Assembly: GCA_000004695.1 (NCBI GenBank) | Contig: CM000154.2 | Span: 3,648,001-3,712,000, forward strand | Direction of reading: 5' to 3' | Length of the DNA: 64,000 nucleotides | DNA from: Dictyostelium discoideum | Lineage: Eukaryota | Shown: positions 27,076 to 41,382 of the stretch, one piece after another | Position numbering within the stretch: the first letter of the stretch is position 1 | How the letters are laid out: each line of letters opens with the position of its first letter | Notes under the pieces: generated by a model | What the model was told of the DNA's origin: nothing | Database searches by the model: none | Seen by the model: only the letters and a program-made list of their open reading frames with translations | Made by a program: the position numbers and the translations under genes

Positions 27076-27795
27076 TGTTCACTTCATCCAAATAAAAAAT
27101 TAAAATATTTATGTTTGGGTTGTAAATTAATTCCATGTTGTATTATATGTACATCAAGTAAAGGTGAACATCATGGTCATAAAACTGAACCATTAGAATT
27201 TGTAACAACATCAAATATTATTTCATTAGTTAATGATTTTAAAGATAATATATATCAAAAAGTAATTGAAAGAATAGATAGCAATCAAACTATATTAAAT
27301 GAATCAACTGATAAATTCAATGAAATTCAATCACAATTTCATATTAATAATGATTCATTAAATAAAGAATTTAAAAAAATTCATGATATCATTTCAATCA
27401 TAGAATTAGATATTAAAAAACAATTAATTACAACCTATGAAAATAATACATTAATAAATACAGAATTAACTTCTTCAATAAATCATGATAATCAAATACT
27501 ATCAGAAATAATAAATAATAATGAAAATGATAATAATAACAATTATAGCACAACCATTGAAAAATTAAATCAAATTATTCAAAATAACAATCAACAACTT
27601 TATGATAATGATTTTAATAATGATGCAGATTTAATTAAAATAATTAAACAATATCAACAATCATTAATAATTTTAAATAATAATAATGATATCAATAATT
27701 CAAATAAATTAAAAGAATACAACAATCAATCAATTAATTATAATCAACGAATAATTGGAGAAATTAAAGATAAATCAAAATTAATTTACACATTA

Positions 27796-27865
<70 letters not shown>

Positions 27866-29951
27866 TTTTTATTAATAATAAAAGATATGAAATAAGAATG
27901 AATGAAAAAAATAATGAATTTTTTAAATGTAAGCTTTATTTATTAATTTATTGTTTTTGTAAATGATATTCACATTATTCTGACTGTGGGACCCAAATTT
28001 AGACGATGATTTTGGAAAGTTTTATATTTATACAGATAAGGAATCTTTTAAATTTAAAAATAAACTTGGTGTGGCATTTAAAGATGATTGTAATATTTTA
28101 TCAAAATTAGAACAAAACCAACTACCATCAAGTGTAATGTTATTAGATGGATTCAACCAGAAATTAATACAAAATATATTACCAGAAGGTATTTTATCCT
28201 TGTATTTAGGTGATATAAAACAAGAATTAATTATTGACTCAATTCCTAATACTGTAACAACTGTTGTTTTATGTAATGGTTTCAATCAAAAATTAACCAA
28301 AGGTATAATACCAGAAAGTGTTAAAGAGTTGTATATAGGTAATTTAAAACAAGAATTAATTATTGATTCAATTCCTAATACTGTAACAACTGTTGGTTTA
28401 TGTGATGGATTCAATCAAAAATTAACCAAAGGTATAATACCAGAAAGTGTTAAAGAGTTACGTTTAGCTGATATAAAACAAGAATTAATAATTAATTCAA
28501 TTCCTAATACTGTAACAACCGTTGGTTTATGTGATGGTTTCAATCAAAAATTAACCAAAGGTATAATACCAGAAGGTGTTAAAGTGTTACGTTTAGGTGA
28601 TATAAAACAAGAATTAATAATTGATTCAATTCCTAATACTGTAACAACTGTTGTTTTATGTAATGGATTCAATCAAAAATTAACCAAAGGTATAATACCA
28701 GAAGGTGTTAAAGAGTTGCATATATGTGATATAAAACAAGAATTAATTATTGATTCAATTCCTAATACTGTAACAACTGTTGTTTTATATGATGGATTCA
28801 ATCAAAAATTAACCAAAGGTATAATACCAGAAGGTGTTAAAGTGTTGCATATATGTGATATAAAACAAGAATTAATTATTGATTCAATTCCTAATACTGT
28901 AACAACTGTTATTTTATGTGATGGATTCAATCAAAAATTAACCAAAGGTATTATACCTGAAGGTGTTAAAGAGTTGTATATATGTGATATAAAACAAGAA
29001 TTAATAATTGATTCAATTCCTAATACTGTAACAACCGTTGGTTTAAGTGATGGATTCAATCAAAAATTAACCAAAGGTATAATACCAGAAGGTGTTAAAG
29101 AGTTACTTTTAAGTGATATAAAACAAGAATTAATTATTGATTCAATTCCTAATACTGTAACAACTGTTGGTTTATATGATGGATTCAATCAAAAATTAAC
29201 CAAAGGTATAATACCAGAAGGTGTTAAAGAGTTAGAGTTAGGTGATATAAAACAAGAATTAATTATTGATTCAATTCCTAATACTGTAACAACTGTTACT
29301 TTATGTAATGGATTCAATCAAAAATTAACCAAAGGTATTATACCTGAAGGTGTTAAAGAGTTGCATATATTTGATATAAAACAAGAATTAATTATTGATT
29401 CAATTCCTAATACTGTAACAACTGTTTTTTTATGTGATGGATTCAATCAAAAATTAACCAAAGGTATAATACCAGAAAGTGTTAAAGAGTTACGTTTAGG
29501 TGATATAAAACAAGAATTAATAATTGGTTCAATTCCTAATACTGTAACAGCTGTTGGTTTATATGATGGATTCAATCAAAAGTTAACCAAAGGTATAATA
29601 CCTGAAGGTGTTAAAGAGTTACGTTTAGGTAAAATAAAACAAGAATTAACAATTGATTCAATCCCTAATACTGTAACAACTGTTGGTTTATTAGATGGAT
29701 TCAATCAAAAATTAACCAAAAGCATAATACCAGAAGGTGTTAAAGAGTTGTATATAGGTGATATAAAACAAGAATTAATAATTGGTTCAATTCCTAATAC
29801 TGTAACAACTGTTGGTTTATATGATGGATTCAATCAAAAATTAACCAAAGGTATAATACCAGAAAGTGTTAAATTATTACGTTTAGGTGATATAAAACAA
29901 GAATTAATAATTGGTTCAATTCCTAATACTGTAACAACTGTTACTTTTTAA
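27019..29951 (+). CDS. B-box zinc finger + FNIP-repeat protein, member 3, apparently intact: join(27019..27928,28003..29951); acceptor could instead be AG 28034-28035
   Basis: Exon 1: polyN, B-box [37 protein letters not shown], coiled coil, polyN; donor GTAAGC 27929 (phase 1). Two in-frame acceptors exist. I prefer TTTAG 27998-28002 because the resulting ..FYIYTDKESF.. parallels member 2 ..[12 protein letters not shown]... Exon 2 holds 15 near-identical 120-bp double FNIP repeats and ends TVTF*. Confidence 0.75.
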
Positions 29952-31130
29952 AATTCCAATATATTTTTGTTCAAAGGATAGTACTTGTTCATATAATAAA
30001 TGAAATATCACCTTAAATGAAAAAAAAAAAAAAAAAAAAAATCCATTACGTAGGTAATGATGCCTAATTCCAAAAAAAAAAAACACTCAAATTAATTTTT
30101 GATTTTAAAATGTTCATAAAGACAAAAGATTTTTGTGTAAATTTTTAAAATAATATTATTTTTCCAAAAATACATATTCTTTTTTACAATAATATGTTTT
30201 TTTTTTTTAAGGAAAAAAACAAAAATACCTATACTTTTAAAATGAAATACGTATTTTTTAAAATTTTCTGGAAATTTCTAAATTTGAATGTAAAAAAAAA
30301 ATATTTTTAAAAAAAAATATCTATTTTTAGACAAAAATATGTTCCATTAAAAACTACTGATTTTTTAAAATTAAATAAAAAAAAAAAATAAAAAAATTAA
30401 ATTAAATTAAATTAAATTAAATTAAATTAAATTAAATTAAATAATTTAGTAAAATTACACCAAGTCCTAAATTAAACAAAATGTAAAAAAAAAAAAAAAT
30501 TATAAACAGAAAAAAAAAATAAAAAATGTAAAAAATAAAATGAATTAATTAATAACATTATTTATTTTTTATTTTTTTTTGTGTTAGACTCTCTTATATT
30601 GGAAACAATATCTTCCAATTTATGAGATATGTTGGAATTTTTTATTTTTTATTATTTTATAATTTTTTTTTCTAGATATATCTTTACCTAATTTTGTAAG
30701 CTCCAACCGTGTGTATGTGGAAAACTTTTTTTTTAAAAATTAATCATTTTAAAATAATTTCAACATACCGAGGAAATTTGGATCATTTAAACAAAATCGT
30801 TTTAATACTCTGTATGTTAGCTGATCTTCAAGAAACATAAAATGATGGTTTTGGCATTGAATTCGACAAAGATAAACTTAAAGAAATAAAAGAAAAAGAA
30901 CAGTGTTTGTTGTTAAATAAAATAACTAAAATATAATAAAAAAGGGATGAATAAAAAATAAAAAAATTAAAATCTGGGATAACAAAAAAAATTAAAAAAA
31001 AAATAAAAAAAAATAAAAAAAAAATAAAAAAATAAAAATATTTACAAAAACTTTTCATTTTTTCATAAAATTTATTGTATTTTTAATTTTTTTTTTTTTT
31101 ATTTTCCAAATCAAAACACAACAAAAAAAA

Positions 31131-31139
31131 ATGATGAAA

Positions 31140-31185
<46 letters not shown>

Positions 31186-33247
31186 GTAATAATAATAATA
31201 ATAATAGTACAACCATTGAAAAATTAAATCAAATTATTCAAAATAACAATCAACAACTTTATGATAATGATTTTCATATTGATACAGATACAATTAAAAT
31301 AATTAAACAATATCAACAATCATTAATAATTTTAAATAATAATAATGATATCAATAATTCAAATAAATTAAAAGAATACAACAATCAATTAATTATAATC
31401 AACGAATAATTGGAGAAATTAAAGATAAATTAAAATTAATTTACACATTAAATAATAATAAAAATAATTATATTTCTATTAATAATAAAAGATATAAAAT
31501 ACAAATGGACTAAAAAAATAATGAGTTTTTTATATGTAAGTTTTATTTATTAATTTTTTGCTTTTGTAAATGATATTTACATTATTCTGACTTTGGGGAC
31601 CAAAATTTAGATGATTATTTTCAAGAGGTTTATATTTATACAGATAAGGAATATTTTAATTTTAGAAATAAATTTTATTGCATTTAAAGATGATTGTAAT
31701 ATTTTATCAAAATTAGAACAAAACCAACTACCATCAAGTGTAATGTTAGTAGATGGATTCAACAAGAAATTAATACAAAATATATTACCAGAAGGTATTT
31801 TATCCTTGTATTTAGGTGATATAAAACAAGAATTAACTATTGGTTCAATTCCTAATACTGTAACAACTGTTAATTTTTTACATGGATTCGATCAAAAATT
31901 AACCAAAGGTATAATACCAGAAAGTGTTAAAGTGTTACGTTTAGGTAATATAAAACAAGAATTAATTTTTGATTCAATTCCTAATACTGTAAAAACTGTT
32001 ATTTTATGTAATGGATTCAATCAAAAATTAACCAAAGGTATAATACCAGAAAGTGTTAAAGAGTTACGTTTAGGTGATATAAAACAAGAATTAATTATTG
32101 ATTCAATTCCTAATACTGTAACAACTGTTACTTTATATAATGGATTCAATCAAAAATTAACCAAAGGTTTAATTCCAAAAGGTGTTAAAGAGTTGTATAT
32201 AAGTGATATAAAACAAGAATTAATAATTGATTCAATTCCTAATACTGTAACAACTCTTATTTTATTTGATGGATTCAACCAAATATTAACCAAAGGTATA
32301 ATACCTGAAGGTGTTAAATTGTTGTATATAAAGTGTTAAAGAGTTACATATAGGTGATATAAAACAAGAATTAATTATTGATTCAATTCCTAATACTGTA
32401 ACAACTGTTACTTTATTTGATGGATTCAATCAAAAATTAACCAAAGGTATAATACCAGAAAGTGTTAAAGAGTTGTATATAGGTGATATAAAACAAGAAT
32501 TAATTATTGATTCAATTGCTAGTACTGTAACAACTGTTGGTTTATATAATGGATTCAATCAAAAATTAACCAAAAGCATAATACCTGAAGGTGTTAAAGA
32601 GTTGTATATAGGTAATATAAAACAAGAATTAATTATTGATTCAATTCCTAATACTGTAACAACTGTTACTTTATGTAATGGATTCAATCAAAAATTAACC
32701 AAAGGTATAATACCAGAAAGTGTTAAATTCTTACGTTTAGGTGATATAAAACAAGAATTAATTATTGATTCAATTCCTAATACTGTAACAACTGTTATTT
32801 TATGTAATGGATTCAATCAAAAATTAACCAAAGGTATAATACCAGAATGTGTTAAAGAGTTAGATATAGGTGATATAAAACAAGAATTAATAATTGGTTC
32901 AATTCCTAATACTGTAACAACTGTTACTTTATGTGATGGATTCAATCAAAAATTAACCAAAGGTATAATACCAGAAAGTGTTAAATTATTACGTTTAGGT
33001 AATATAAAACAAGAATTAATAATTGGTTCAATTCCTAATACCGTAACAACTGTTAGTTTATGTGTTGGATTCAATCAAAATAACCAAAGGTATAATACCA
33101 GAACGAGTTAAATTGTTACATTTAAGTTATATAAAACCAGAATTCATAATTGATTCAATTCATAATACAACAACTGTTAGCTTATTAGAACGTTTTAAAA
33201 TCAATTATCTCGAAAGTATAATTCCAGAGGGTGTTAAATTAAATTAA
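31131..33247 (+). pseudogene. FNIP-repeat family member 4: degenerate duplicate of member 3 with the B-box deleted
   Basis: 31085-31160 equals the member-3 promoter and start (ttttccaaatcaaaacacaacaaaaaaaATGATG[G/A]AAAATAATAAT..). The polyN then joins directly to ..[23 protein letters not shown].. (member-3 residue ~175), so about 480 bp covering the B-box and coiled coil are missing. A 4-nt deletion at about 31387 and an in-frame TAA (TGGACTAAAAAA, 31507-31512) follow. The exon-2 FNIP array is broken at about 32320 (fused out-of-frame repeat) and about 33075. Confidence 0.7.
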
Positions 33248-34129
33248 AAAAAAAATAAAAATATTAATGATACAAAAAATAAAGTTTAATTTAATATAAA
33301 AAAAGCCAGCCCAAAAAGAATTACAAAAAACTCTCACAAATCCATTTGTGCCCAACTTGTTCCAGTTTTTTTTTTCCAGTTTTATTATTTTATTATTTAT
33401 TTTTTTAATCACCGAATTGTTGTTATTTTAAAATTTTTTTTTTTTTTTTTTTTTTTCATATTATCATAAACAAAAGTATCTTTTTATTTTTTATTTTTTA
33501 AATTTTAAAATTCCAATATATTTTTGTTCAAAGGATAGTACTTGTTCATGTAATAAATGAAATATCACCTTAAAATGAAAAAAAAAAAAAAAATCCATTA
33601 CGCAGGTAATGATGCTTAATTCCAAAAAAAAAAACACTCAAATTAATTTTTTGTTTTTAAAAATTTTATTTAAAATAAATATACAAAAAAACAAATTAAA
33701 TTAAAGTAAAATAAAAATAAGAATAAATAAATAAAAAAAAAATTAAAAAATCAAAGACATAACTCATGAAAAATAAAAAATAAAAACAAAAAGAAAACAA
33801 TAAAAATATTATAATCTGATTAAAATTAAAATAAATATTTATTAAAAAAACTATTAAACGTTTCTAGTTTGAGATCGAATTAATTTTAAAATTTCTTTTT
33901 TTAAATTGTTTATCAGAAAATGAATTGAAACTGATATTTTTTAATTATTTTGAATAAAAGAATTAACATGTATAAAAAATAATTCAATTATAATTAATAA
34001 AAACCATTTTCCCTCACTTTTTTCATTTTTTTCCCACCTAATTTAAATATGTTTTATCCAATAATAAATATACAAAAAAGTGTGTATTAATTTTTTTTTT
34101 TTTTTTAAAACTGGAAATTAAAAGAGCTA

Positions 34130-34520
34130 TTAAATGAATTTGTTGAATGGATTCAATGAAAAATTAAAACCAGGTTTTTATGTGAAGGTATTAAATCGTT
34201 ACATTTATATGATATAAAATAAGATTCTTTAATTAGCAATATTCCAAGATTAGTTAATCATGTTTTATTAAAATTAAAACCCTACATGTATATTGTAAAA
34301 AAAAATGAAGATTCCTTTTTTCAATTTTATACTAAACAAAAACATATTATAGAATTAATTCCAAATATAAAAAATTTATTTTTAAATCCATGGATTTAAT
34401 CAAATTTTAACATCTAGAATAGTATTAGAAGAAGGGATGTGGATTGTTTTTACAAGAATTAAAACTAAAACAGGTGATTCAATTGAAAAAATTAATAATT
34501 TACCATCACTATTAAATATA
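34130..34520 (+). pseudogene. Highly degenerate FNIP-repeat relics
   Basis: ttgttgAATGGATTCAATgaAAAATTAAaaccaGGTtttTAtgtgaAGGTattAAAtcgTTAcATttaTatGATATAAAAtaAGAttcttTAATT.. is still recognisably FNIP-repeat-like (GFNEKL...DIK) but carries stops. A second relic lies at 34380-34440 (aaTccaTGGATTtAATCAAAttTTAAC). Confidence 0.3.
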
Positions 34521-34835
34521 TTAAATATTTAAAAAAATTTAATAAACATTAAAAACTCTAAATAATTTTTTTTTTTTTTTTTTAGATATATTGAAAATAA
34601 TTATAACTTTTCTTTTTTTTTTTTTTTTTTTTTTGATTTGAAAATTAAATAAATATAGTCGTAAAAAGTCTTAGTTTTTAAAATATTCGGATTAAAAAAA
34701 AAAAAAAATCAAAAAATTATGTTTGCAAATTTGCGAATGGCCGCATCGGCATTTTAATTAAAACAAATAAACTTTTTTTTTTTTTTTTATTTTTTTTTTT
34801 TAATTTTTATATTTTTATCGTATTTTTTAACTTAA

Positions 34836-34878
<43 letters not shown>

Positions 34879-35215
34879 ATTTATTCTACTTTTTTTTTTA
34901 TATCTTCAAAGTAAAGATAGTGTAAGTAAAAAATAGGGTGGGTCTTTTTTTATTTTATTTTTAGAATAAAATGAACAGACACACACCCTTACGAAATTAT
35001 TTTTTATTTTTTTTTTTTTTTTTTCTACACTTTTTTTTTTTTTTTTTTTTTTTGTAAATTATTTTTTTTTTCTCCACGCACCTAAAATCCTTAATTAGTT
35101 TGTTTAAACATTCATATATTAATCTTTTTTTTTTTTTTTTAAAAAAAATAAAAATAAATAGCTTTCTTTTTTTTTTTTTTAATATAGTAAATATATATAA
35201 ATAAATAAATAAAAA

Positions 35216-37745
35216 ATGACAATAAAAAATAATATTTTAGTTATTGGTAGTGGTAGTAGAGAACATGCAATTACATGGAAATTATTAGAATCTAATCAAG
35301 TTGATAAAGTTATATTAGTACCAGGAAATGCATCAAGTTCAACAATGGAAAGAGTTATAACAGTTGAATGTTCAAAAATTGATGCAGAATCAATCTCAAA
35401 CATTTGTAAAGAACATAATGTGGAATATGTATTTGTCGGACCAGAGGTACCATTAGTAGATGGTATAGTTGATGGATTAAAAAGAAAAGGTATCTCTTGT
35501 TTTGGTCCAACCAAAAAAGCTGCACAATTAGAAGGTTCAAAAGTATTTTGTAAAGATTTTATGGCAAGAAATAATATTCCATCTGCACGTTATCAAACTT
35601 TTACTGATTATAATAAAGCAAAACAATATATTGAATCTTTAAATTATAAAATTGTGTTAAAGGTAAATATATTAAAATAAATAAAAATAAATATAAAAAT
35701 ATTATTATTAATAGTAATTTTATAATTTATAATTAATTAAAAAGGCATCTGGATGTGCAGCAGGTAAAGGTGTTTTAATACCAAATAATAAAGAAGAAGA
35801 ATTAGAAGGATTAAAAAGAATTATGGTTGATAAAGAATTTGGTAGTGCAGGTGATGAAATTGTAATTGAAGAATTTTTAGATGGTGAAGAATGTAGTTTA
35901 ATGTGTTTTTCCGATGGTTATAGTTTAGTAGTTATGCCACCAGCACAAGATCATAAAAGAATATTCGATGGTGATAAAGGTGCCAATACTGGTGGTATGG
36001 GTGCATATGCACCAGCACCATTCATTGTAGACTGTAACAATAATGCTACCACTGATAAAAGTAAATCAAAGAGTTCATTTGGTACAATTATTGATCGTTG
36101 TGTTGAAACCATTTTAAAACCAACAATTAATGGAATGAGAAAAGAGGGTAAACCATTTGTTGGTGTTTTATTTGCAGGTTTAATGGTATCATCATCATCA
36201 TCAACAACCAATGATAAAGTTATCAATGTTTTGGAATTCAATTGTCGTATGGGTGATCCAGAGACTCAAGTAGTTTTACCATTGTTAGAGACTGATCTAT
36301 TTGAAATTGTATTGGCATGTATTGAAGGTCGTTTAGATGGATTGGATGTAAAATGGTCAAATAAGTTTGCAGTAACTGTTGTTGCCGCTTCAAAAGGTTA
36401 TCCAGATTCTTATCCAAAAGGTTTGAAAATTAATGGTTTATTAGAGAATAAAAATACAAATGATAATATTATTTTTCAAGCTGGTACAACTGTAAATGGT
36501 AGTAATGATATTGTTACAAATGGTGGTCGTGTTTTATCATGTACATCGGTATCGGAGTCATTAGAAGATGCAATAAAGAATTCATATAAATTAATTGAAA
36601 CTATTAGTTTTGAAGGTATGCAATATCGTAAAGATATTGGTCAAAAAGCATTAAACCATTTGGAAAGAAAGAAGCAACAACAAGCCAATTCAAAACAATC
36701 TGTATCCTATAGTGAATCAGGTGTTGATATTGAAAGAGGTGATGCTGTAGTTGATAATATTGGACCATTGGCAAAAGCAACCACTAGATTGGGTTGTGTT
36801 AGTGATTTGGGTGGATTCGGTGCATTATTCGATACAAAAGCAGCAGGATTTAGAGATCCAATTTTAGTATCAGGTACTGATGGTGTTGGTACAAAATTAA
36901 AGATTGCACAAGAACTTGGAATTCATGATAGTATTGGTATTGATTTGGTAGCAATGTGTGTCAATGATGTAGTTGTTCAAGGTGCAGAACCATTATTCTT
37001 TTTAGATTATTTCGCCACTGGTAGAATTCATGTAGATGTCGCAACTCAAGTTGTCTCTGGTATTGCACGTGGTTGTAAAGAATCTGGTTGTGCATTAATT
37101 GGTGGTGAAACAGCAGAAATGCCAGGAATGTATAAAGATGGTGAATATGATTTAGCAGGTTTCAGCGTTGGTGCAGTTGAACGTGACCAAATGTTACCAT
37201 CAAACATTCAAGAGGGTAACATTCTATTGGGTCTTGCATCAAGTGGTGTTCACTCAAATGGTTATTCATTGGTTAGATATTTAATTGAAACCAAGAGTGG
37301 TGGTTTAACTTATAATTCAATTGCACCATTCGATTCAAGTAAAACACTTGGTCAAGTATTATTAACACCAACTAAACTCTATGTATTATCTTGTCTTGCA
37401 GCAATTAAAAGTGGTGGTGTAAATGGTTTAGCTCATATCACTGGTGGTGGTATCACTGAGAATTTACCAAGGGTAATTCCAGATGGTTTAGATTGTGAAG
37501 TTGAATTGGGTAGTTGGGAAATTCTTCCAATCTTTAAATATTTAGTTGAACTTGGTAATATGGAAACTGAAGAATTATTAAAAACTTTCAACTCTGGTAT
37601 TGGTATGATTTTAATTGTTTCACCTGATAAAGTTGATTCAATCACTAAATCTTTAGAATCAAATAATGAAAAAGTTTATAAAATTGGTAAAATTATAAAT
37701 TCAAAAACTTCAAAACAATCAAAATCAAAAGTAATTTATAAATAA
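35216..37745 (+). CDS. purD: Bifunctional GAR synthetase / AIR synthetase (PurD-PurM fusion, yeast ADE5,7 type), join(35216..35671,35745..37745)
   Basis: Exon 1 MTIKNNILVIGSGSREHAITWKL...GPEVPLVDGIVDGLKRKGISCFGPTKKAAQLEGSKVFCKDFM..YKIVLK with donor AAG|GTAAAT 35672 (phase 0); acceptor AAAAAG 35744. Exon 2 ASGCAAGKGVLIPNN.. is the GARS ATP-grasp domain. Then comes AIRS: ..SYSESGVDIERGDAVVDNIGPLAKATTRLGCVSDLGGFGALFD..GTDGVGTKLKIAQELGIHDSIGIDLVAMCVNDVVVQGAEPLFFLDYFATG..GCALIGGETAEMPGMY. Confidence 0.9.
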
Positions 37746-37749
37746 ATAA

Positions 37750-37783
<34 letters not shown>

Positions 37784-37882
37784 TGCATTTTAATAAAAAT
37801 AATAATAATAATAATAAAAATAAAAATAATAAAAGAGATAGTTTATATTTTAAAAAATAAATAAATAAATAATTTTTTTTTT

Positions 37883-39136
37883 TTATTTTCTTTTATTTAG
37901 TAATCCATCTAAAATTTTTTTTTTTTTTTTAATATTTAACGAAGTTGTTGAAGTTGTTGTTGTTGTTGTTGTAGTTGAAGTTGAAGTAGTATTATTATTA
38001 TTATTTGAAGAAGTTGTAGTTGTAGTAGTTGTTGTTGTCGATACTAATGAAGATAAATTTGAAATTGAAGTTGAAGTTGTTGAGGTTGTTTGAATTTTAT
38101 TACAATTATTATTAAAATTTGTTGTTGTTGGTATTGTTGTTGGTTTATAATAATTATTAAAATTTTGATTTATTTTTAAAAGATTTGAAAATTCAATTAA
38201 TTGATCATCTTTAAATTGGTTACCATCTAATTCAAATGATTGAATAATTTTATTATTATTAAAAATTGATAAAATTGATTGATAACATTTTTTAATTGAT
38301 TGTTCAGAATTTAAAGATTGATCTAATAAATTATTAAATGAAATATTTAAACCGGTTAAAGTTGAATTATAATTTTCTAATGAGTTTGAAATTGAAATTA
38401 ATGAATTTGACAATAAATTATTAAAACTTAAATCTAAAATTTCTAAAGATTTATTTTCTTTTAGCATTGTTGAAATTATTAAACCAACATTATTATTATC
38501 AATATTATTATTATTATTATTATTATTATCTAAATCAGAAATATTATTATTTCTTAATAATAATTGTTTTAAATTTGATTGATTATTAATTTTTAAAGAA
38601 TCCATTAATTGTTTACAACCAATTGATTGGAAATTATTATCAGATAAATCTAAAATTTTTAAATTTGAATTTTTTAATAACATATTTGAAAAGTCAATTG
38701 AAACATCATCACCATTAAATAAATTATTTGAGAGATAACAATATTCTATGGTAGTGTTATGAATTAAACTATTTGATAAAGAAATACCAGTTTCTTTTGA
38801 TAATTGATTATAAATTAAACTAATTGTAATCAATGATTTATTATCTTTTAATGCCGATGCTATCTTTTCACCAGATTCATCATCCAATTTCAAATAATTT
38901 AAATGAAGTGATGTAATTGATTTTGTATAATAAATCAATTCAAATAATGACATATTAAATGGTTTACCAAATGTATTATGACTTAAATTTATAGATTTCA
39001 AAGTTTTATTATCACCAAGATTTCTAATTGCATCAATCATTTTTGAATTAATTGAAATTGATGATGGTGATGATGGTATCCAATTTGCACTTGAAAAATG
39101 AAAATCATTACCACTACCAACCATCATCCAAGAATG

Positions 39137-39169
<33 letters not shown>

Positions 39170-40453
39170 TGTTGATGGTGGTGTACCTAATAATAATGAA
39201 TTAAAATTAAAATTACCACCATTAAAATTACCACCATTACCAATATTATTATTATTACTATAATTACTATTATTACTTAATGAATTTGTAATATTAAAAT
39301 TATTTGTTGAATTATTATTTGGACTATTTAATGATAATAAATTAATATTAAATCCATTTGATGATGATGATGATAATGATAAATTTATATTATTATTATT
39401 AACTTGTAATAATGTTGTTGATGATGATAAATTATTATTATTATTATAATTATTATTTATAATTGTATTATTTGTATTTGTATTTGGTGTTAATGGTGGT
39501 GACGATAATGAAAAATTTTGAACCATACAATCTAATCTACAAACTGCTTCTAAATTTATATTTGTTATTGAATGATTTTTATGTAAACCTTCAATTATTG
39601 CTTTTAAACCAGATATTTTAAATTCATTGAATGATAAATTTAAAATTTTTAATGTATGATTATGACGTAATGCATCACCAATTAAAATACCATCCTTTTC
39701 ACGTAAAAAATTTCTTGATAAATTTAAATCTGTCAATACATTATTATTTTTTAATGAAGAGATAATAATTGATGAACCATTTGAAACTAAATCTAAATTC
39801 ATTAATTCTAATTTCGTTATTGAATATTGTTGACAATTTATCAAGATTTCACTAATTCTTTCACCGAAATTTCTTTCATTATCTAAACAATAATTTACTA
39901 AACTTATAGTTTGAATTGTGGTACATTGATTTAAAAATTGTTGTAATTTACCATTGGTAATTTGATATGAATTATTTCTAGGTGTACCAATTACAATTGA
40001 TGTACTTTTAATTAAATTATTATTATTACTACTATTGTTTTTTGATGATGATGATGATGATGAACAAAATGAATTTGAAGATGAATTTGAAGATAAAGAT
40101 GAGGATGATGAAGATGTATATGGTTGTGGTTGTTGTCTTGTTATATAAATATCTGTAAATTTACATTCTCTACCATTTGGAATTAATGGATTGGTTGCTA
40201 ATTGTAATATTTTTTCAAAACTTGAATGTTTAAAAAAACAAAAATGATATGGTACAATTTGTGATCCCCATTTTTTACAAACTAATGATAATTTTATTAA
40301 ATTATATAATGTTGGATCATCTTGACTATTCTTTTCAATAATTATTGATATAATTGTATTTGGTAAATTATAAATTATTGTTTTTTTTTGATTTTTCATT
40401 TCTTTATTTAAAATTTTATTATTATTATTATATATAATATTATTACTTAACAT
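37883..40453 (-). CDS. F-box-like / RNI-type leucine-rich-repeat protein with long Asn/Ser/Thr low-complexity tracts, single ORF
   Basis: 856-aa minus ORF, ATG at 40453. N-terminal F-box-like LPNTIISIIIEKNS..LIKLSLVCKKWGSQIV. About 12 ribonuclease-inhibitor-like LRRs (LTDLNLSRNFLREKDGILIGDALRHNHTLKILNLSFNEFKISGLKAIIEGL.., LKILDLSDNNFQSIGCKQLMDSLK..). polyT/polyS C-terminus. Confidence 0.7.
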
Positions 40454-40731
40454 AAATTTTTTTTTTTTTATTTCTTTTAAATTTTTTTTTTTTTTTTTTT
40501 TTTTTTAAAATTTTATTTTAAAAAATTGGTATATTTATTTTAAATGATTTAAATTATTTTTATTATTATTGGTTTTATTTTTATTGGGACAAATAAATAG
40601 GAGTTATTATTTTAACTATTATTACAAATTAATATTTTTTTTTATTTTTTTTATTAATTTGTTTATTTTTTTTCTAATGACAAAAAAAGTAATAAGGAAA
40701 AGTAATAAGGAATGTAATAAATTTTATTATT

Positions 40732-40769
<38 letters not shown>

Positions 40770-41212
40770 TTTTGTTTTGTTTACTTTTGGCACAAAACCA
40801 CCCTAAAAATAATTAAACAAGTAATCAAAAAAAAAAAAAAGGAAAAATTATAATTATCCAAAAATTAAAAATTTAATTAAAAAAATGTTTTCCCCCCCTT
40901 CCAATTAAATTAATTTTAAGTTTTTTTTTTTTTTTTTTTCATCCCATTTTTAAAAAAGGAAAATTTGATAATTTCGGTGGAGGTTTTAAAAAAAAAAAAA
41001 ATTTAATTTTAAAAAAAAAAAAAAAAAAAAGGTTAAAAAAAAAATTTAAAAAAATTTTTTTAAAAAATAAAAAAAATTTTTATTTAATAATTTTTTAAAA
41101 ATAAAATTTAAAAAAAAAAAAAACAATTAAAAAATATTATTTTTTAATTTAAAAATATTAAAAAAAAAAATGAAATGATGCAAACACACATAAAACACAC
41201 ACTTAAAAACCA

Positions 41213-41248
<36 letters not shown>

Positions 41249-41347
41249 ATTTGGAAATCAAATATTTTAAGAATATGTGTTTAGTGAAAAAATGTTAGTA
41301 GTATAAACAATTGGATTTATTTATAAATTTTTATAAATTAAAAAAAG

Positions 41348-41382
<35 letters not shown>

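Noticed and set aside
40569-40853. ORF 40569..40853 and other 60-90 aa ORFs in oligo(A/T) intergenic DNA (8154..8339, 25940..26137, 26476..26691, 26948..27136, 30828..31058, 47527..48036, 62574..63013, 63716..63922)
   Set aside because: Their peptides are F/K/L/I homopolymer-like products of A/T runs. They lie in promoter or intergenic regions.
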